Of a DNA stretch of 64,000 bases, positions 27,301-39,964 are shown in pieces. The notes beneath the pieces are model-generated. The model had not been told where the DNA came from and did no database searches. It was given only the letters and a program-made list of their open reading frames with translations. The stretch lies in the NCBI GenBank assembly GCA_905178155.1, contig CAJINV010000003.1, positions 6,415,985 to 6,479,984 on the forward strand, read 5' to 3'. This DNA is from Amoebophrya sp. A120 (Eukaryota; Protista; Dinoflagellata). The position numbers and the translations under genes are program-made. Within the stretch, counting starts at the first letter, position 1. Every line of letters starts with the position of its first letter.

Positions 27301-30300
27301 ACGAGCTAAAGACGTGCTTTGTGAAGATCTGCGATTGGGTCACCGTCTACCTCTACGAGTACGTTGGAAACTGCGGTCGGTTGGTGATTACCCCACTGAC
27401 GGATAGGTGCTACATCACGCTGTCGCAGGCCTTGAACTTGACTCTCGGCGGCGCGCCGGCCGGCCCGGCCGGAACCGGAAAGACCGAAACCACCAAAGAT
27501 TTATGCCGCGCACTGGCTTTGCCGATCGTGGTGTTCAACTGCTCCGATCAGATGTCGTACTTGACGACTGCCAATATTTTTATGGGGCTGGCGCAGGTCG
27601 GTGCTTGGGGTTGTTTCGACGAGTTTAACCGGATCTCGATCGAAGTGTTGTCCGTGGTATCAACGCAATACAAAGCTATTCTCGATGCGATTCGTGAGAA
27701 CGCGAAGACGTTTCTGTTCATGGACGAGGAGATCAAGCTGATCGCGACGATTGGTGCATTTATCACCATGAACCCGGGTTACGCGGGGCGGACGGAACTG
27801 CCGGAGAACCTGAAGGCGTTGTTCCGCTCCTGCGCCATGATCGTGCCAGACTTGACCTTCATCTGCGAGAACATGTTGATGAGTGAGGGATTCGTGATTG
27901 CCCGTCCGCTGTCGCGTAAATTCGTGACTTTGTATGGTCTGTCCGCGGCACTGCTGTCCAAGCAGATGCACTACGATTGGGGTCTGCGTGCGGTCAAATC
28001 GCTGCTGCGTCAGGCGGGGAAGCTCAAGCGGAAGGAACCCGATGCGGATGAAAACCCGGTGCTGTGCCGTGCGCTGCGTGACTTCAATACCCCGAAGATT
28101 ACGACCATGGACATGCCGATCTTCCTGCGCTTGATCAAGGATCTGTTCACCGGCGTGTGGCCGGACCCCTTCGTGGATGTCGAGTTCACCAAGGTGTGCG
28201 CGGGCGTGATCAAGAAACGCGGTTTGCAAACGGACTCCTCCTTCGTCGTCAAGGTGGTCAGCCTGCTTGATATCCTGTTTGTGCGTCATTGCTGCTTCAT
28301 TATTGGTCCCGGTGGCTGCTCCAAGACGGAGGTGTGGAAGTCGTTGATGGCTGCGGTCAAGGAAATCGGCCAGGAGGGTTTGTGGGAACAGATTAACCCG
28401 AAGGCGATCACGCACTCCGAGTTGTACGGCTCCATGTCGAAGACCAAGGAGTGGAAGGATGGTGCCATCGCGGTTGTGATGCGGAACATGAGCAAGGAGA
28501 TGAACGGGTATAGAATTTTTCCAGATTACTTATTTTGATCATGGACATGATTTGAACAAAAATTTTGAATCATGCCAAACATGCTTTTTAGGCACGTTCC
28601 TTTTCAAGGGCAAACGATCATTCTGTTTGCAGAGGTGCTACAATTATCAAATGAGCAAACCCTTATCAGGTACAAACCAATCCATCAGCACCGCTGGGTC
28701 ATCCTTGATGGCGACATTGATGCGGAGTGGATCGAGTCGATGAACACGGTGATGGATGACAACAAGGTGCTCACGCTGGTCTCCAACGAACGTATCGCGT
28801 TCGCGCCCACCATGCGAATGTTGCTCGAGATCGAGAACATGAAGCACGCGTCTCCCGCAACCGTCTCCCGTGGTGGTGTGCTGTTCATCAACGAGACCGA
28901 TGTGGGCTGGAAGCCTTTTATGGAGTCGTGGCGTGAAAACCTAGATCAGGTTGCGCAGTCGACGTTTTACCTGTTGTTCGCGAATTACTTCGAGGCGAAC
29001 ATCGACTCCATCCGTAAAATGTTCGCGTTTTCGTGCCCGCTGCTCGACATGGGCTTCATCCAGTCCATCACGTGCATGATTGACGCTCTATTGAACAACA
29101 ACTCAAAGGAAAATATGGAAGCTTTGAAGCAGATGTCTGTCGACGATCAGAAGCTTGTGTACGAGGCCTACTTCATCTACGCCATGAACTGGGCCATCGG
29201 CGCATCCGTCGCGGATGACAAAGTGACTAACTATCGTAAGGCCTGGGGCTCCTTCTACAAGGGCATCGCCAAGGTAAAGTACCCCGAGGCTGGGAATCCC
29301 GAAGACTACCGGTTCGACACGGTGAACAAGGAGTGGGTGCACTGGGAGAACTTTGTCAAGCCCTATGAGCCGATTCCGGGCATCGAAGTGATGTACCAGA
29401 ACATCGTGGTGTCCGGCGTCGACATCGAGAAGTACAAGTACGTGCTCGACTTGCACATCAGCCGGTATAAACCAGTTTTGTACGTGGGTGTGCCCGGTAC
29501 GGGGAAGACCACGATCGTCAAGGATTACTTGACAGAAGTGAAGATCCGCCGCGACGACATGATGTCCTCCACGATTTGCAACAACAGTTACACATCTTCC
29601 TACGCCTTCCAGTCGATTTTGGTCTCATCTTTGGACAAGCGGACAGGACGAACCTATGGTCCGCCGAGCAACAAAAAGTGTATCTTCTTCGTCGATGACT
29701 TGAACATGCCAGCGATGGACAAGTACGACACGCAATCCGGTGCCATGTTGCTGCTGCAAATGCTCTCCTACATGCAGATCTACGACCGTGATGATTTTTC
29801 CATCAAAAAGGACCTGCAGGATATTCAGTTCGTGTGCTGCATGAACCCCAAGGCCGGTTCTTTCATGATCAACGACAGGCTCCAGAGGCACTTCACCGTC
29901 GTGACGACCTTCCTACCCACCGCGGAGTCCATCAAGGGCGTTTACGGGCCGATTGTGGATACTCACTTTAAGCAGGGCTTCCCGAAAAACATTCAAGACC
30001 TTGGGCCAGTGCTGGTGCAGGCCACAGTTGATGTGCTGCAGAACATTTTGAATACCCCGTGCTTCTTGCCCTCTGCTGCTAAGTTCCACTACCAGTTCAA
30101 CTTAAAGGATGCGGCCAACATCTTTCAGGGAATCGTATTCACGAACCCGGCCATGTTCAAAGATGGGCCGGCGAAGATGGCGCGCTGCTGGCTCCACGAA
30201 GCGAACCGGGTGTTCGGGGATCGACTTGTCTCGCACTCCGACGTTGCGGAGTTGCAGGCGATTCTGGAGAAAGTCCATGGAAAGCACATCGCCGCGATCG

Positions 30301-33300
30301 TCCCCAAGGACGAAATGTTCCAAGAGCCGTTGATCTGGACCACGTTCATGGCGGTGGCGGGCGGGAATGATAAGGTCTACTTGCCGATCAAGGACCTGGC
30401 GGCTCTACGCACGACGTTGGAAGACCAGCTGCGCCAGTACAATGAGGCCAACGCCGCCATGAACCTGGTGCTCTTCGAGGACGCCATGAAGCACATTTCC
30501 CGTATTTGTCGCATCATCGACTTCCCATGCGGCCACGCGCTTCTCGTCGGTGTCGGTGGTTCAGGTAAGCAGTCGCTCTCGTACCTGTCCTGCTTCATCA
30601 TGCAAATCACTGTGGTTCGTATCTTGGTCAATCAATCCTACGGGATGGCGGAGTTGAAGCTCGACCTGCAGGAGTTCTACAAAAAAGCCGCGGTGAAACC
30701 CGGAACGCCGCACGCGTTTCTGATGACGGACGGCCAGATCGCGGATGAGCGGTTTCTGGTGTACTTGAACGACATGCTTGCCTCCGGTAACATTCCGGAT
30801 CTGTTCACCCGCGAGGAGTACGACGCCCACCTGGGCGCGATCCGCAACCTCGCGAAGGCCGCCGGCGTACCGGACGACCGCGACGCACTGTTTCAATACT
30901 TCCTAGATCGGGTCAGGAAGAACCTGCACATGATTTTGTGCCATTCGCCTGTCGGTGACGACTTCCGAATTCGTGGGCGCAAATTTCCGGCCTTGATCTC
31001 GTGCATGGTAGTTGACGAGTTCATGGCGTGGCCGCGGGACGCATTGCAGGGTGTCGCTGCCCGGTTCTTAGAACCGATGATCGACAGTGGCAACTTTCCC
31101 ACGGATGAGATGATGACCACGGTGTGTGATAACATGGCGGAGGTGCACTTGTCGATTGATGTGGCGAATCAGCGCTACCTTGCGCAGGAGCGTCGCTACA
31201 ATTACACGACACCCAAGTCTTTTTTGGAGCTCATTTCTTTCTACATGGTCATGTTGAAAGACCGTCAGGCGAAGGTGACGGTCAATTTCGAGCGGTTGGA
31301 GAAAGGTCTGACTATTATGGAACAGGTGCAGGAGAAAGTCGAGGGTTTGAAAGAGGATCTAAAGGTGACTATGGTGCAAGTCGAGGAAAAAAAAACCGCC
31401 ACTGATGCGCTGATCGCACAGGTCACCGAGGCCACGGATAAGGCAAACATCGAGAAAGCCGCAGCGAACGAAGAAGCTGAGAAGACGAACGCCCTGGCCG
31501 CGGACGCAGCGGCGGTGAAAGCGCAGGCGGATGGGGAATTGTCCGAGGCTATGCCCGCGATGGAGGCTGCCAAGGAAGCGGTGAACTGCCTGACCAAGCC
31601 GGCCATCCAGGAGTTGAAATCGCTCGGTAAGCCGCCGGTCGAGTGTATCGACGTGTGTGCAGCGTGCGCGTTTTTGCTGAAGAACGAGAAGAAGAAGCTC
31701 GACTGGAAGGGCGCGCAGAAGATGATGAACAATCCTGGTGCGTTTCTGGATGAGATCTTAGCGTTCGATGCCAACAACATTCCCGACGAGGTACTGAAGA
31801 ATGTTGAGCCGGTGCTTGCGCAGCCGTTCTTCACCTACGACATCATGAAGGGGAAGTCCACCGCCGCGGCTTACTTGACCAACTGGGTGATCAACATTGT
31901 CGGGTACAATAAGATCTACAAGAAGGTGGCGCCGTTGATGGAGAAGGTCCGCATCGCAACGGAAACGAAAGAGAAGGCCGAAGCAAGTCTAGCGATTGTC
32001 ATGGCGCGGGTTAAAGAAGTGGAAGAGAAAGTCGCAAGCTTGAACGAAACGTTGAGCAACGCCGTGTCCGAGAAAGAAGCGGTCGAGGCGCAAGCGGCGG
32101 CTTGTTTGGAGAAGCTTGGTCTGGCGGAACGCTTGGTGAACGGGTTGGCGGATGAGTACAAGCGTTGGACCAACACGGTGAAGGACTTGAAGGAGTTAGG
32201 CCTTCTGTTGATCGGCGATTGTTTACTCGCTTCCGAGTTTGTCGGTTACATTTCGCCATTTTCGTCCAATTTCCGTTTGGACCTGTGGAAGAACCAATGG
32301 ATTCCCGATATCGAAGGGCGAAAGATCCCGATTTCGAAGGGGGTGGACCCGTTGAAGGTATCTGCTGCAAAAATTTGGAATTCAAAACTGACAGACTAGT
32401 TGGACGTCGTCCATGAGATGCAGAGGATCTGTCGTAGCACGCAGTAAAGTTGCGGTGCGCTATGCGCGAGTAAAGTAGAAACAAAATTTTTTGCATACGC
32501 CGCAATTTGTCCACACAGGTCTTGACCAACGAGGCCGAGATGGCTGGCTGGGCTAACGAGGGGCTCCCCGCTGATCGAGTTTCGCTGGAGAACGCCTCCG
32601 TGATCGTGTCTTGCGCCCGTTGGCCGTTGATGATCGATCCGCAGCTGCAGGGCGTGAAGTGGATTAAGCAGCGGTTCGGCGAGGACTTGACCACGATTCA
32701 ACTGAGTCAGAACAACTGGCTGAACAAGGTGGTGTACACGATTTCTATGGGTCTCACCCTGCTGATCGAAGCCGTCGGGTCCGAAATCGACGCGATCCTC
32801 GAGCCGCTGCTCGGGCGTGCGGTCATCAAGCGCGGCCGCTCGCAGTTCATCATCAAGCTCGGTGGTGAAGAGGTCGAGTACGACCCGAAGTTCAAGCTGT
32901 TTTTGCAGTCCAAACTGGCCAACCCGCACTACCGCCCGGAGATCGCGGCCCAGTGTACCATCATCAACTTCATCGTAACGCCGTCCGGTCTCGAGGACCA
33001 GATTTTGGCTATTGTCGTCAACATCGAGAAGCCGGAGCTGGAACAAAAGAAACAGGAACTGGTCAGGAAGCAAAACGAATTCAAGGTGACCCTGTCCCAA
33101 TTGGAGGACGACCTTCTCGCTCAGCTGTCCGCGGCGGATCCGGCCACGATTTTGGAAAACATGCCACTGATTGAAGGTCTGGAAGTGACGAAAGCCACCT
33201 CGGCCGAGATCAACGAGCAGGTACTTCAGTGTTTTTTTTTTGTGTGGTGGTCATTCTTTTTGCATTTACAAAAATCGCAAACCTCGCACACTCATGCATT

Positions 33301-36091
33301 GAGAGTCCGTTCCATAGCAAGTGTAAGTTACAATCAAACAGCTCTATTAAACACTAATCCTTCCACCTCTTCAATGAAATTATTTCAGGTGAAAATCGCG
33401 GTTGCGACCGAGATCAAGATCAATGAGTCCCGCGAAATGTACCGTCCGGCCGCGGCCGAGGGCTCCATGTTGTTCTTTTTGATCATCCAACTGTGCTTCG
33501 TCGAACACATGTACCAGTACAGTCTTGACGCGTTCCGTGGCTTCTTGGAAAAAGCAATTGACAAAGCGCCACAGGACGAGGATACCCGGGTCCGTGCGCT
33601 GCATTTGATCGACACCATCCGCATGGTCGTGTTCCGGTGGGTGAATCGAGGGCTCTTCGAGAGGCACAAGCTGATTTTCTGTGCGTTGTTGACCTTCCAA
33701 TTGTTTCAGAAGGGTGCTCTGAATGAGGATTACAACGCCACCTACATGGACTTTTTGCTGAAGGGTCCTGTCAAGCCGGGCATCGAAAACCCAATTGCCG
33801 AATGGTTGCCGAACACTGCGTGGTTCGCTGTCAACAAGCTCGTGGACTTGGAGGGATTCGATTCTTTTGCGCAGAACATGGAGAAGGACGCCCCGAATCG
33901 GTTTCGCGAGTGGTGCAACGAGCTCGCGCCAGAAGATGTGAAGTTACCGCTGGACTGGAAAAAGCTCGAGCAGGTTCCGTTCCAGAAACTGCTCGTCTTG
34001 CGCTGCCTCCGTCCTGACCGGATGACGATTGCTCTGACCGAATGGATCGTGAACGCTTTGCCGAACGGAAAGGAGTACGTCTTCTGCGACGGGTCCAGCT
34101 CCTTTTTCACGGTGTTATCCAATTCCTTCGAGGATTCTACCAACACGGTACCGATCTTCTTCATTCTGTCCCAAGGTGCAGATCCGGTGAAGGAGGTCGA
34201 GGCGATGGGTCGCAAAATGATCGGCTTGCAGCCCAACGTGAACTACCACAATGTCGCGATGGGACAGGGGCAGGACGTGGTCGCCATGGCGAAGCTGGAC
34301 ATGGGCCACAAGGAGGGGCATTGGGTTATGTTGCAGAACGTGCACTTGATGCCGTCGTGGTGTAAAGTTCTGGAGAAGACCCTCGATAACATGGCCATCG
34401 AGGGTTCGCACCCGAATTTCCGCTTGTTCCTCTCCGCCGATCCGTCGAACGGTATTCCGCCGGGTATTCTCGAACGGTCCATCAAATTGACCAACGAACC
34501 GCCGCAGGGGCTGCAGGCGAATCTGCGTCGTGCGTTCGCGCTGTTCACGAAAGAGGACTTCGACGACCGTGACGCGAAGGTGAAGGCGATTCTGTTCGGT
34601 CTGTGCCACTTCCATGCGATCATGTTGGAGCGGAAGAAGTTCGGGCCCATGGGCTACAACATGATGTACCCGTTCTCGAACGGTGACTTGCGCGATTCCG
34701 CTTCTGTCCTGTACAACTACCTCGAGGGCTCCTCTTCCGCGAAAATCCCGTGGGATGATCTCCGCTACATCTTCGGCGAGATTATGTACGGTGGACATAT
34801 CGTCGATGATTACGATCGGCGGCTGTGTGCAACGTACCTCGCCTACTTCATGCGCGACGACATTCTCGATGAGCTCCAACTTGTTCCCTACTGCGATAAC
34901 AAGCTGGTCTGGTTCACCCCTGCGTCTGGTTCTCCGCACGAGAAGGTGGTGGAACACTTGGAAACCATGCCAGCAGAATCCCCGCTCTTCTACGGGATGC
35001 ACCCGAACGCCGAGATCGGATTCCGCACGACGCAATGTAACCTCATGTTCGACACGCTGCAAAATCTCCGACCCAAAGAAGCTGCGGGTGATGGCGACGG
35101 AGCCACCGCCAGTCCGATGCAGATTGCGGAGCAGCTGTGCAATGAGATCTTCGAGGAGATCAAGGAGATCCGGTTCGCGGTGGAGGACACGAGCAAGGGT
35201 ATGAGCGAGGAGGAGAAGGGTCCTTACCAGTTTGTTTTCCTGCATGAGTGTCAGAACATGAACAATTTGATCGGCGAGATGGTCCGTGGTTTGGGGGAAC
35301 TGCAATTGGGTTTCAAGGGTGAGCTGCAGATGTCCGAACAGATGGAAGCGCTAGCGGATTCCTTGTTCAAGGAGAAGATCGCGCCGCGGTGGCAGAAACT
35401 CGGGTTCCCGACCACGCGCAACCTGGCGAATTGGCTGTCCAACTTGAAGGAACGTTGCGAGCAGCTGAACGACTGGATTGGCGACCCGCTCACGATTCCG
35501 AAGGTAGAGCGTGTTTGATATTTTTAACAGATAAGTAGTAGTTTGTGATGCATAATAAAGAACGTGCGGTAGAAACAACTCTTTTTTCTTTATGCAAGAC
35601 TGTTTCTCTTTTCGATTTCTATACGACGCACATACTCACGCCAGGTCGTCGACATCGCGAAGTTCTTTAACCCGCGTTCATTCCTGACCGCGATCAAGCA
35701 GCTCTGCTGTCAGCAGCAGCAACTGGAGCTCGACAAACTGGACATGTTCACCGAAGTTACGAAGCGCGAGAAAGGTCAGATGGACGCCCATGCCCGTGAC
35801 GGGTGCTACGTGTGTGGATTGTTCCTCGAGGGAGCACGATGGGACATCAATACGAATTCCATGGAAGAATCCAAGCCAAAGGAGATGTTCTGCAAGATGC
35901 CGGTCATCATCTGCAAGGCGGGATTGGCCTTGGATCGCGAAGAAAAGAATGTTTACATGTGCCCGACCTACTGCACGCCTGGCCGTCGGCCCGATTTCGT
36001 TTTCTTGGCTCAGTTGCGCACCAAGCAGCCGGGACAAAAGTGGATTTTGGGCGGAGTGGCGATGATTTTGGATATCGGTATTTCCATGTGA
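21301..36091 (+). CDS. ODA4: Axonemal outer-arm dynein heavy chain, beta type (ODA4 / DNAH9-11-17-like); exons 21301-21570, 21742-22197, 22431(or 22437)-28507, 28670-32357, 32519-33220, 33389-35503, 35645-36091
   Basis: P-loops GPAGTGKT, GPGGCSKT, GVPGTGKT, GVGGSGKQ; WGCFDEFNRI; FPRFYFV; stalk coiled coil; C-terminal CPTY...KWILGGVAMIL. Family is secure, exact orthologue less so. Confidence 0.93.
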
Positions 36092-36385
36092 GGGTGAAAA
36101 TTAGAAAAAACTAGCGGAATTGAATAACAATAAAACGAAAATTTACAACGCACAAAATAAGTGGCATTCCGATAGACAAGGAGTCCACATGCGCGACCGA
36201 CTAGTAGTGCTACGTGGTATTAGGAAAAAACGGTTACTGACGACTGTGCTGGTTAAAAATTTGTTACACTAATTATTTGTGAAATCCTGAGGCTGCAGGC
36301 GGGCCATCGCCATCGGGAGAACTCACTGCACTACTACCTAATACCAGCGAGTCCGAGATACATTTGAGCTTTTATGTTTGTTTCC

Positions 36386-36454
36386 ATTCTATTCTTATAT
36401 TCGAAATCTATTACAATCAGAATTCTATTCTTATATTCGAGATCTATTACAATC
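36386..36454. repeat. Tandem duplication, 36-bp period
   Basis: attctattcttatattcga(a/g)atctattacaatc at 36386 and 36422. Confidence 0.8.
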
Positions 36455-37589
36455 TATTTTTTGTTGTATTAAGGGCCAAAAGTAAAGCTAATCTCGTTTC
36501 GTGGTTAGCCCTGCCACAAGAACTGCAACTTCATTGCCGTTTCGGCACGATCTATTCAGAATCGGAAGATATTTTTTATGTTGTATTTGATGTTCGCGCG
36601 AGTGCGAACCCAAAAAACCTATCGGAATTAGGTTTGGTAAAAGTATTTTTAAATATGCGGAAGCAGGGACATTCTCTACCACCTCGAAAAAAGTTTGTCC
36701 TTGCGCATGCAGCAGTCGTAGCAGTAGGATTTTCTTCCCTAGGTGGAGGCAGAATCTTACGCGAAAAATGCAATATCTTCTCCTTTTCGATGTATTGAAA
36801 TTTATTTTACGCCGCTTGCCGACGGATGTAGGAGAACACGCGAATTACAGGTTGTGCACTCTTACGGATGTGCAAACGGAAGTAGGAGCTTGCTGCAGTC
36901 AGTGCGACGTTTGCTCTTACGCTTTGATCTAAGTACAGTAAAAATTGTTAATGGCTATATTTCTACATAATTATTTTATGCGGTGAATCAGACTTGCAGG
37001 TCTTAGAACTTAATTCTGCCCTTCTCCATCTGAGCGGGCAGCAGTTTTCAGAATCAGTTTCGCGCTAATTAAAAAGAGAAGGCTTGGCGACGTGATGGGT
37101 CGTTTTCTTCCTGTGTCGTTGTAGTGAAGCCTTTTCGAAAATTTCTTTTCTTGCTCAAGTTTCGTTATGAAAAAAAATTATCTTTGTACAGCTAAGTTTG
37201 ATCTAAGTTTGATTGGAAGTTCAAGTTTCAACGACATTGTTTCAAATATATTATGGCGAGAAGTTTCTACTGCACAGCAACGTCTTTCAATGAACAATAC
37301 TAGGTGTTTATTCTGTCGTGGTGCATTCCATCACAGAATGAAAGCTTGCATCGCCTGCTGCCCGTTGCTACAACTACGATGCGTTGGCTTTCTTGCCATC
37401 CCGAACCAGAAGAACCCATCGCCAGGGGTAATTTTCAGTAAAGATCAGAAATGATTCTTGCAGGTGTGCAATGAATGCAAAACTGAAACAAATATCAACC
37501 AACAGTCCGCGGTGTGCTTGGTAGCTTTGGAGTACCAGAGATGCGATCATGTTGCCATCCTCTATGTTCCTTCGTGCGAGAAAAGATCC

Positions 37590-37640
37590 TCCGTAGCCAT
37601 TTTGGCTCAAGCCACTTTTCCGTAGCCATTTTGGCTCAAG
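37590..37640 (+). other. Two perfect genomic copies of the 22-nt dinoflagellate spliced leader (relic SLs) at 37590-37611 and 37619-37640
   Basis: TCCGTAGCCATTTTGGCTCAAG twice (DinoSL = DCCGTAGCCATTTTGGCTCAAG), separated by CCACTTT; neither is followed by a GT donor. Confidence 0.93.
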
Positions 37641-37678
37641 TAGAAAGGATCTCATCTCAGTCGAGGAAAAATATTGCG

Positions 37679-39964
37679 ATGCCACTTCAGTTTTTTGCCT
37701 GCTTATCTCGCACTTGGTTGTGTGTCTCGTTTTTTGGCTGGTCCGTCATAGCAGCTGCTGGGGAAACGGCACCAGCTGTGAACGATGGGAAAACGGTACC
37801 AGCTGCGAACGAGGTTAACAACACCACGACGGACGAGTCCGAACTAACGCTGCTACGCAATGTGGTGATCCCGGACCCGCACTATGGACACGTTAAATCG
37901 GTCGGGGCGTGCTACTACTGCTTCGACAAGTTGCGCAACAACATGGGTCTAGCGTCGACCGCAGACCAGCTGGACGAGGCTGATGCTGAAGACGACGACG
38001 ACGACGACGACGTCAACACAAGAACGGAGAAAAGAGCGCCAGTCTTTGATGGTGCGACATCGCAGGAGTCAAACTCAAAGAGTGACGAGTCATCAAAAAC
38101 CGCCTATCGCTACTCATCCAACGTGATGCGCTATGCGTTCAGCAAAAAACAACTTCTTCCCTTCTTCTACGGGCTTTCCACGGATCGGTGGACGCGGTAC
38201 CGGCGTCGGCTGAACAAACTGCACTGTCCCCCGTACGTGCTGCAGGCGTTGCAGTTGTTTCGCAACACGACCGATTTCTTTCTAGATCTCGGCGGCGACT
38301 TGGGGGATTGCTCTGCGGCGGCCTTTTGGCGAAAACTCGTCAGGCGTGGCACGGTGAATGTGGACGGCAGGGTAGCCGCTGTGCGGGCTTGGAAAGCGAC
38401 CGCTGGAGCGTTCGCAGGCACGGGAAGCAGCTTGCGGAGCTCGGGCCAGTCCACTGATGAGGTGCAACTACCCGTCTCGCTGCAGCCTTCACACCAAATC
38501 TGGAAGCGACCCTTATTTCAGTCTTCTACGCTAGAGCAGAAGATCTCGACCACAAGTTTGTCTCAACCAGACGTCGAGAGTCATGAAGATGAATCACGTG
38601 CCTTCTTTCAGAAGCGCGCAAGCGCGTGGAAGACCGGGTGGACCGCTGCTCGCGGAGCTGCCGAGACACCCGAGATGCATTCCGTCGCAAGTAGCGCTCA
38701 AGACGAAGACCGTTGGTGGAGCTATTCCGTGCGGGCCCGATCCTCGTCCTCTTCGGACGCGGACAACCTTCCTTTTCTCCTCGCGGGTGGTGCCTTTGTT
38801 CTGGGACCTGGCAGCGCCGTGGGAACGCTTCGCCGATTTCCCGAGTCTGGCGAGAGCTGCGGCGGGTTCACCGAGGCCTACTGTAAGGGCGACAACGCCT
38901 GCGGGGAGACGGCAAATCGTTTTGTAGGAACATGTCCTGTGGAGCGGTGGCAGGTTTGTAGTCGAGATGCTGGGGGAGGGGGACGAGGCAATAAAGCAAC
39001 CACTGTCGATAGAAAAACACTCCTGGACGAAGATGACGACTGCATTGAGGTGGGTTCGGTCAAGAGTGTGGTTGACAAAGTGATGGTTGCCGCAGCAAGA
39101 CTCGAACAACCAAACCCCAAGAGCATCGGCAGCAGCACTTCTTATTTCGGTTTGCGCGTGAAGCTAACCGGCTCGGACGTCTGGCCAGTGATCCGCGACA
39201 TTCCGGACGAGTTTTTGAATTGCAAAGGCGCAAGTTCTTCTGATTCTCCTGCTGCTGGAAGTGCGAGGACATCTTCATCACAATTTTCATCTCACTCGTC
39301 GGCTGTATCGCAGCCCTGTATCCGATGGTTTTCTCTGGAGGATGTTTTCACGGTCTCCACCGCGGACGCGAAGCAGTTCATCCACAAGCTCTTTGTCCAG
39401 CACGACTTCGCTATGGTCCGCTTCCGGACGCAGCGCGAGAGCACGGTGATGAGCCTACCCTGTGTTCCGTTCCACGACTGGAAGCGGTGCAATGTGCGCG
39501 ACGTGCTCGCGATCAATTGCGCGCCCGCGGCAGAGAATATCGTCGATAATGCACACGAAGAAGCAGCGGTGGCGGTGGACAAGAGCTGGCACCTGGCTGC
39601 CAGTCTTAGCAAGCTACTGAGCCCGGAGGAGCATGCAGCCACCAACCGAACGGCTCTGGAAAAACTGGTCTACCGGAAGAATATTCGTAGGAAACAAGGT
39701 CAAAAACCAGATGCCGCAAGTGCGTCGTTTACTCTCAATGAAGCAAAAGCAATTGCATTTACCAAACAGTGCCTTCAAAACTTTCCGCAGCTGAAAGCGT
39801 TACAAAAACTTGATCCCAGCGGTATCCGTAGCTACGTTTCGGAAATTTCGTCCAGCCCCAAAATGCCTTCAGTTTTAGGTTTCGCGGAGCACATCTTCGC
39901 AACTGTTCCGGCCGAAATATTTTTTGCAAGCAAGCCTCGCTCTCGGATCGATTTCGATCGCTGA
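37679..39964 (+). CDS. Intronless secreted/membrane protein with a degenerate SAM-methyltransferase (FkbM-like) motif; probable retrogene
   Basis: Signal-like N-terminus MPLQFFACLSRTWLCVSFFGWSVIAAA; FFLDLGGDLGDCS resembles motif I; ATG lies 38 nt downstream of the SL relics. Confidence 0.6.
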   Translation: MPLQFFACLSRTWLCVSFFGWSVIAAAGETAPAVNDGKTVPAANEVNNTTTDESELTLLRNVVIPDPHYGHVKSVGACYYCFDKLRNNMGLASTADQLDEADAEDDDDDDDVNTRTEKRAPVFDGATSQESNSKSDESSKTAYRYSSNVMRYAFSKKQLLPFFYGLSTDRWTRYRRRLNKLHCPPYVLQALQLFRNTTDFFLDLGGDLGDCSAAAFWRKLVRRGTVNVDGRVAAVRAWKATAGAFAGTGSSLRSSGQSTDEVQLPVSLQPSHQIWKRPLFQSSTLEQKISTTSLSQPDVESHEDESRAFFQKRASAWKTGWTAARGAAETPEMHSVASSAQDEDRWWSYSVRARSSSSSDADNLPFLLAGGAFVLGPGSAVGTLRRFPESGESCGGFTEAYCKGDNACGETANRFVGTCPVERWQVCSRDAGGGGRGNKATTVDRKTLLDEDDDCIEVGSVKSVVDKVMVAAARLEQPNPKSIGSSTSYFGLRVKLTGSDVWPVIRDIPDEFLNCKGASSSDSPAAGSARTSSSQFSSHSSAVSQPCIRWFSLEDVFTVSTADAKQFIHKLFVQHDFAMVRFRTQRESTVMSLPCVPFHDWKRCNVRDVLAINCAPAAENIVDNAHEEAAVAVDKSWHLAASLSKLLSPEEHAATNRTALEKLVYRKNIRRKQGQKPDAASASFTLNEAKAIAFTKQCLQNFPQLKALQKLDPSGIRSYVSEISSSPKMPSVLGFAEHIFATVPAEIFFASKPRSRIDFDR

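Noticed and set aside
24111-35305. Long minus-strand ORFs (e.g. 24111-25574, 34115-35305)
   Set aside because: Antisense shadows of GC3-biased dynein coding sequence
21301-36091. Non-standard genetic code
   Set aside because: Thousands of codons in conserved genes have no internal stop
37144-37159. cttttcttgctcaag (also attttggttcga near 45704) as degenerate SL relics
   Set aside because: Too short and too mismatched to separate from chance
37590-37640. SL RNA gene array
   Set aside because: No GT donor or SL intron after either copy; spacing is only 29 bp; a CDS follows directly
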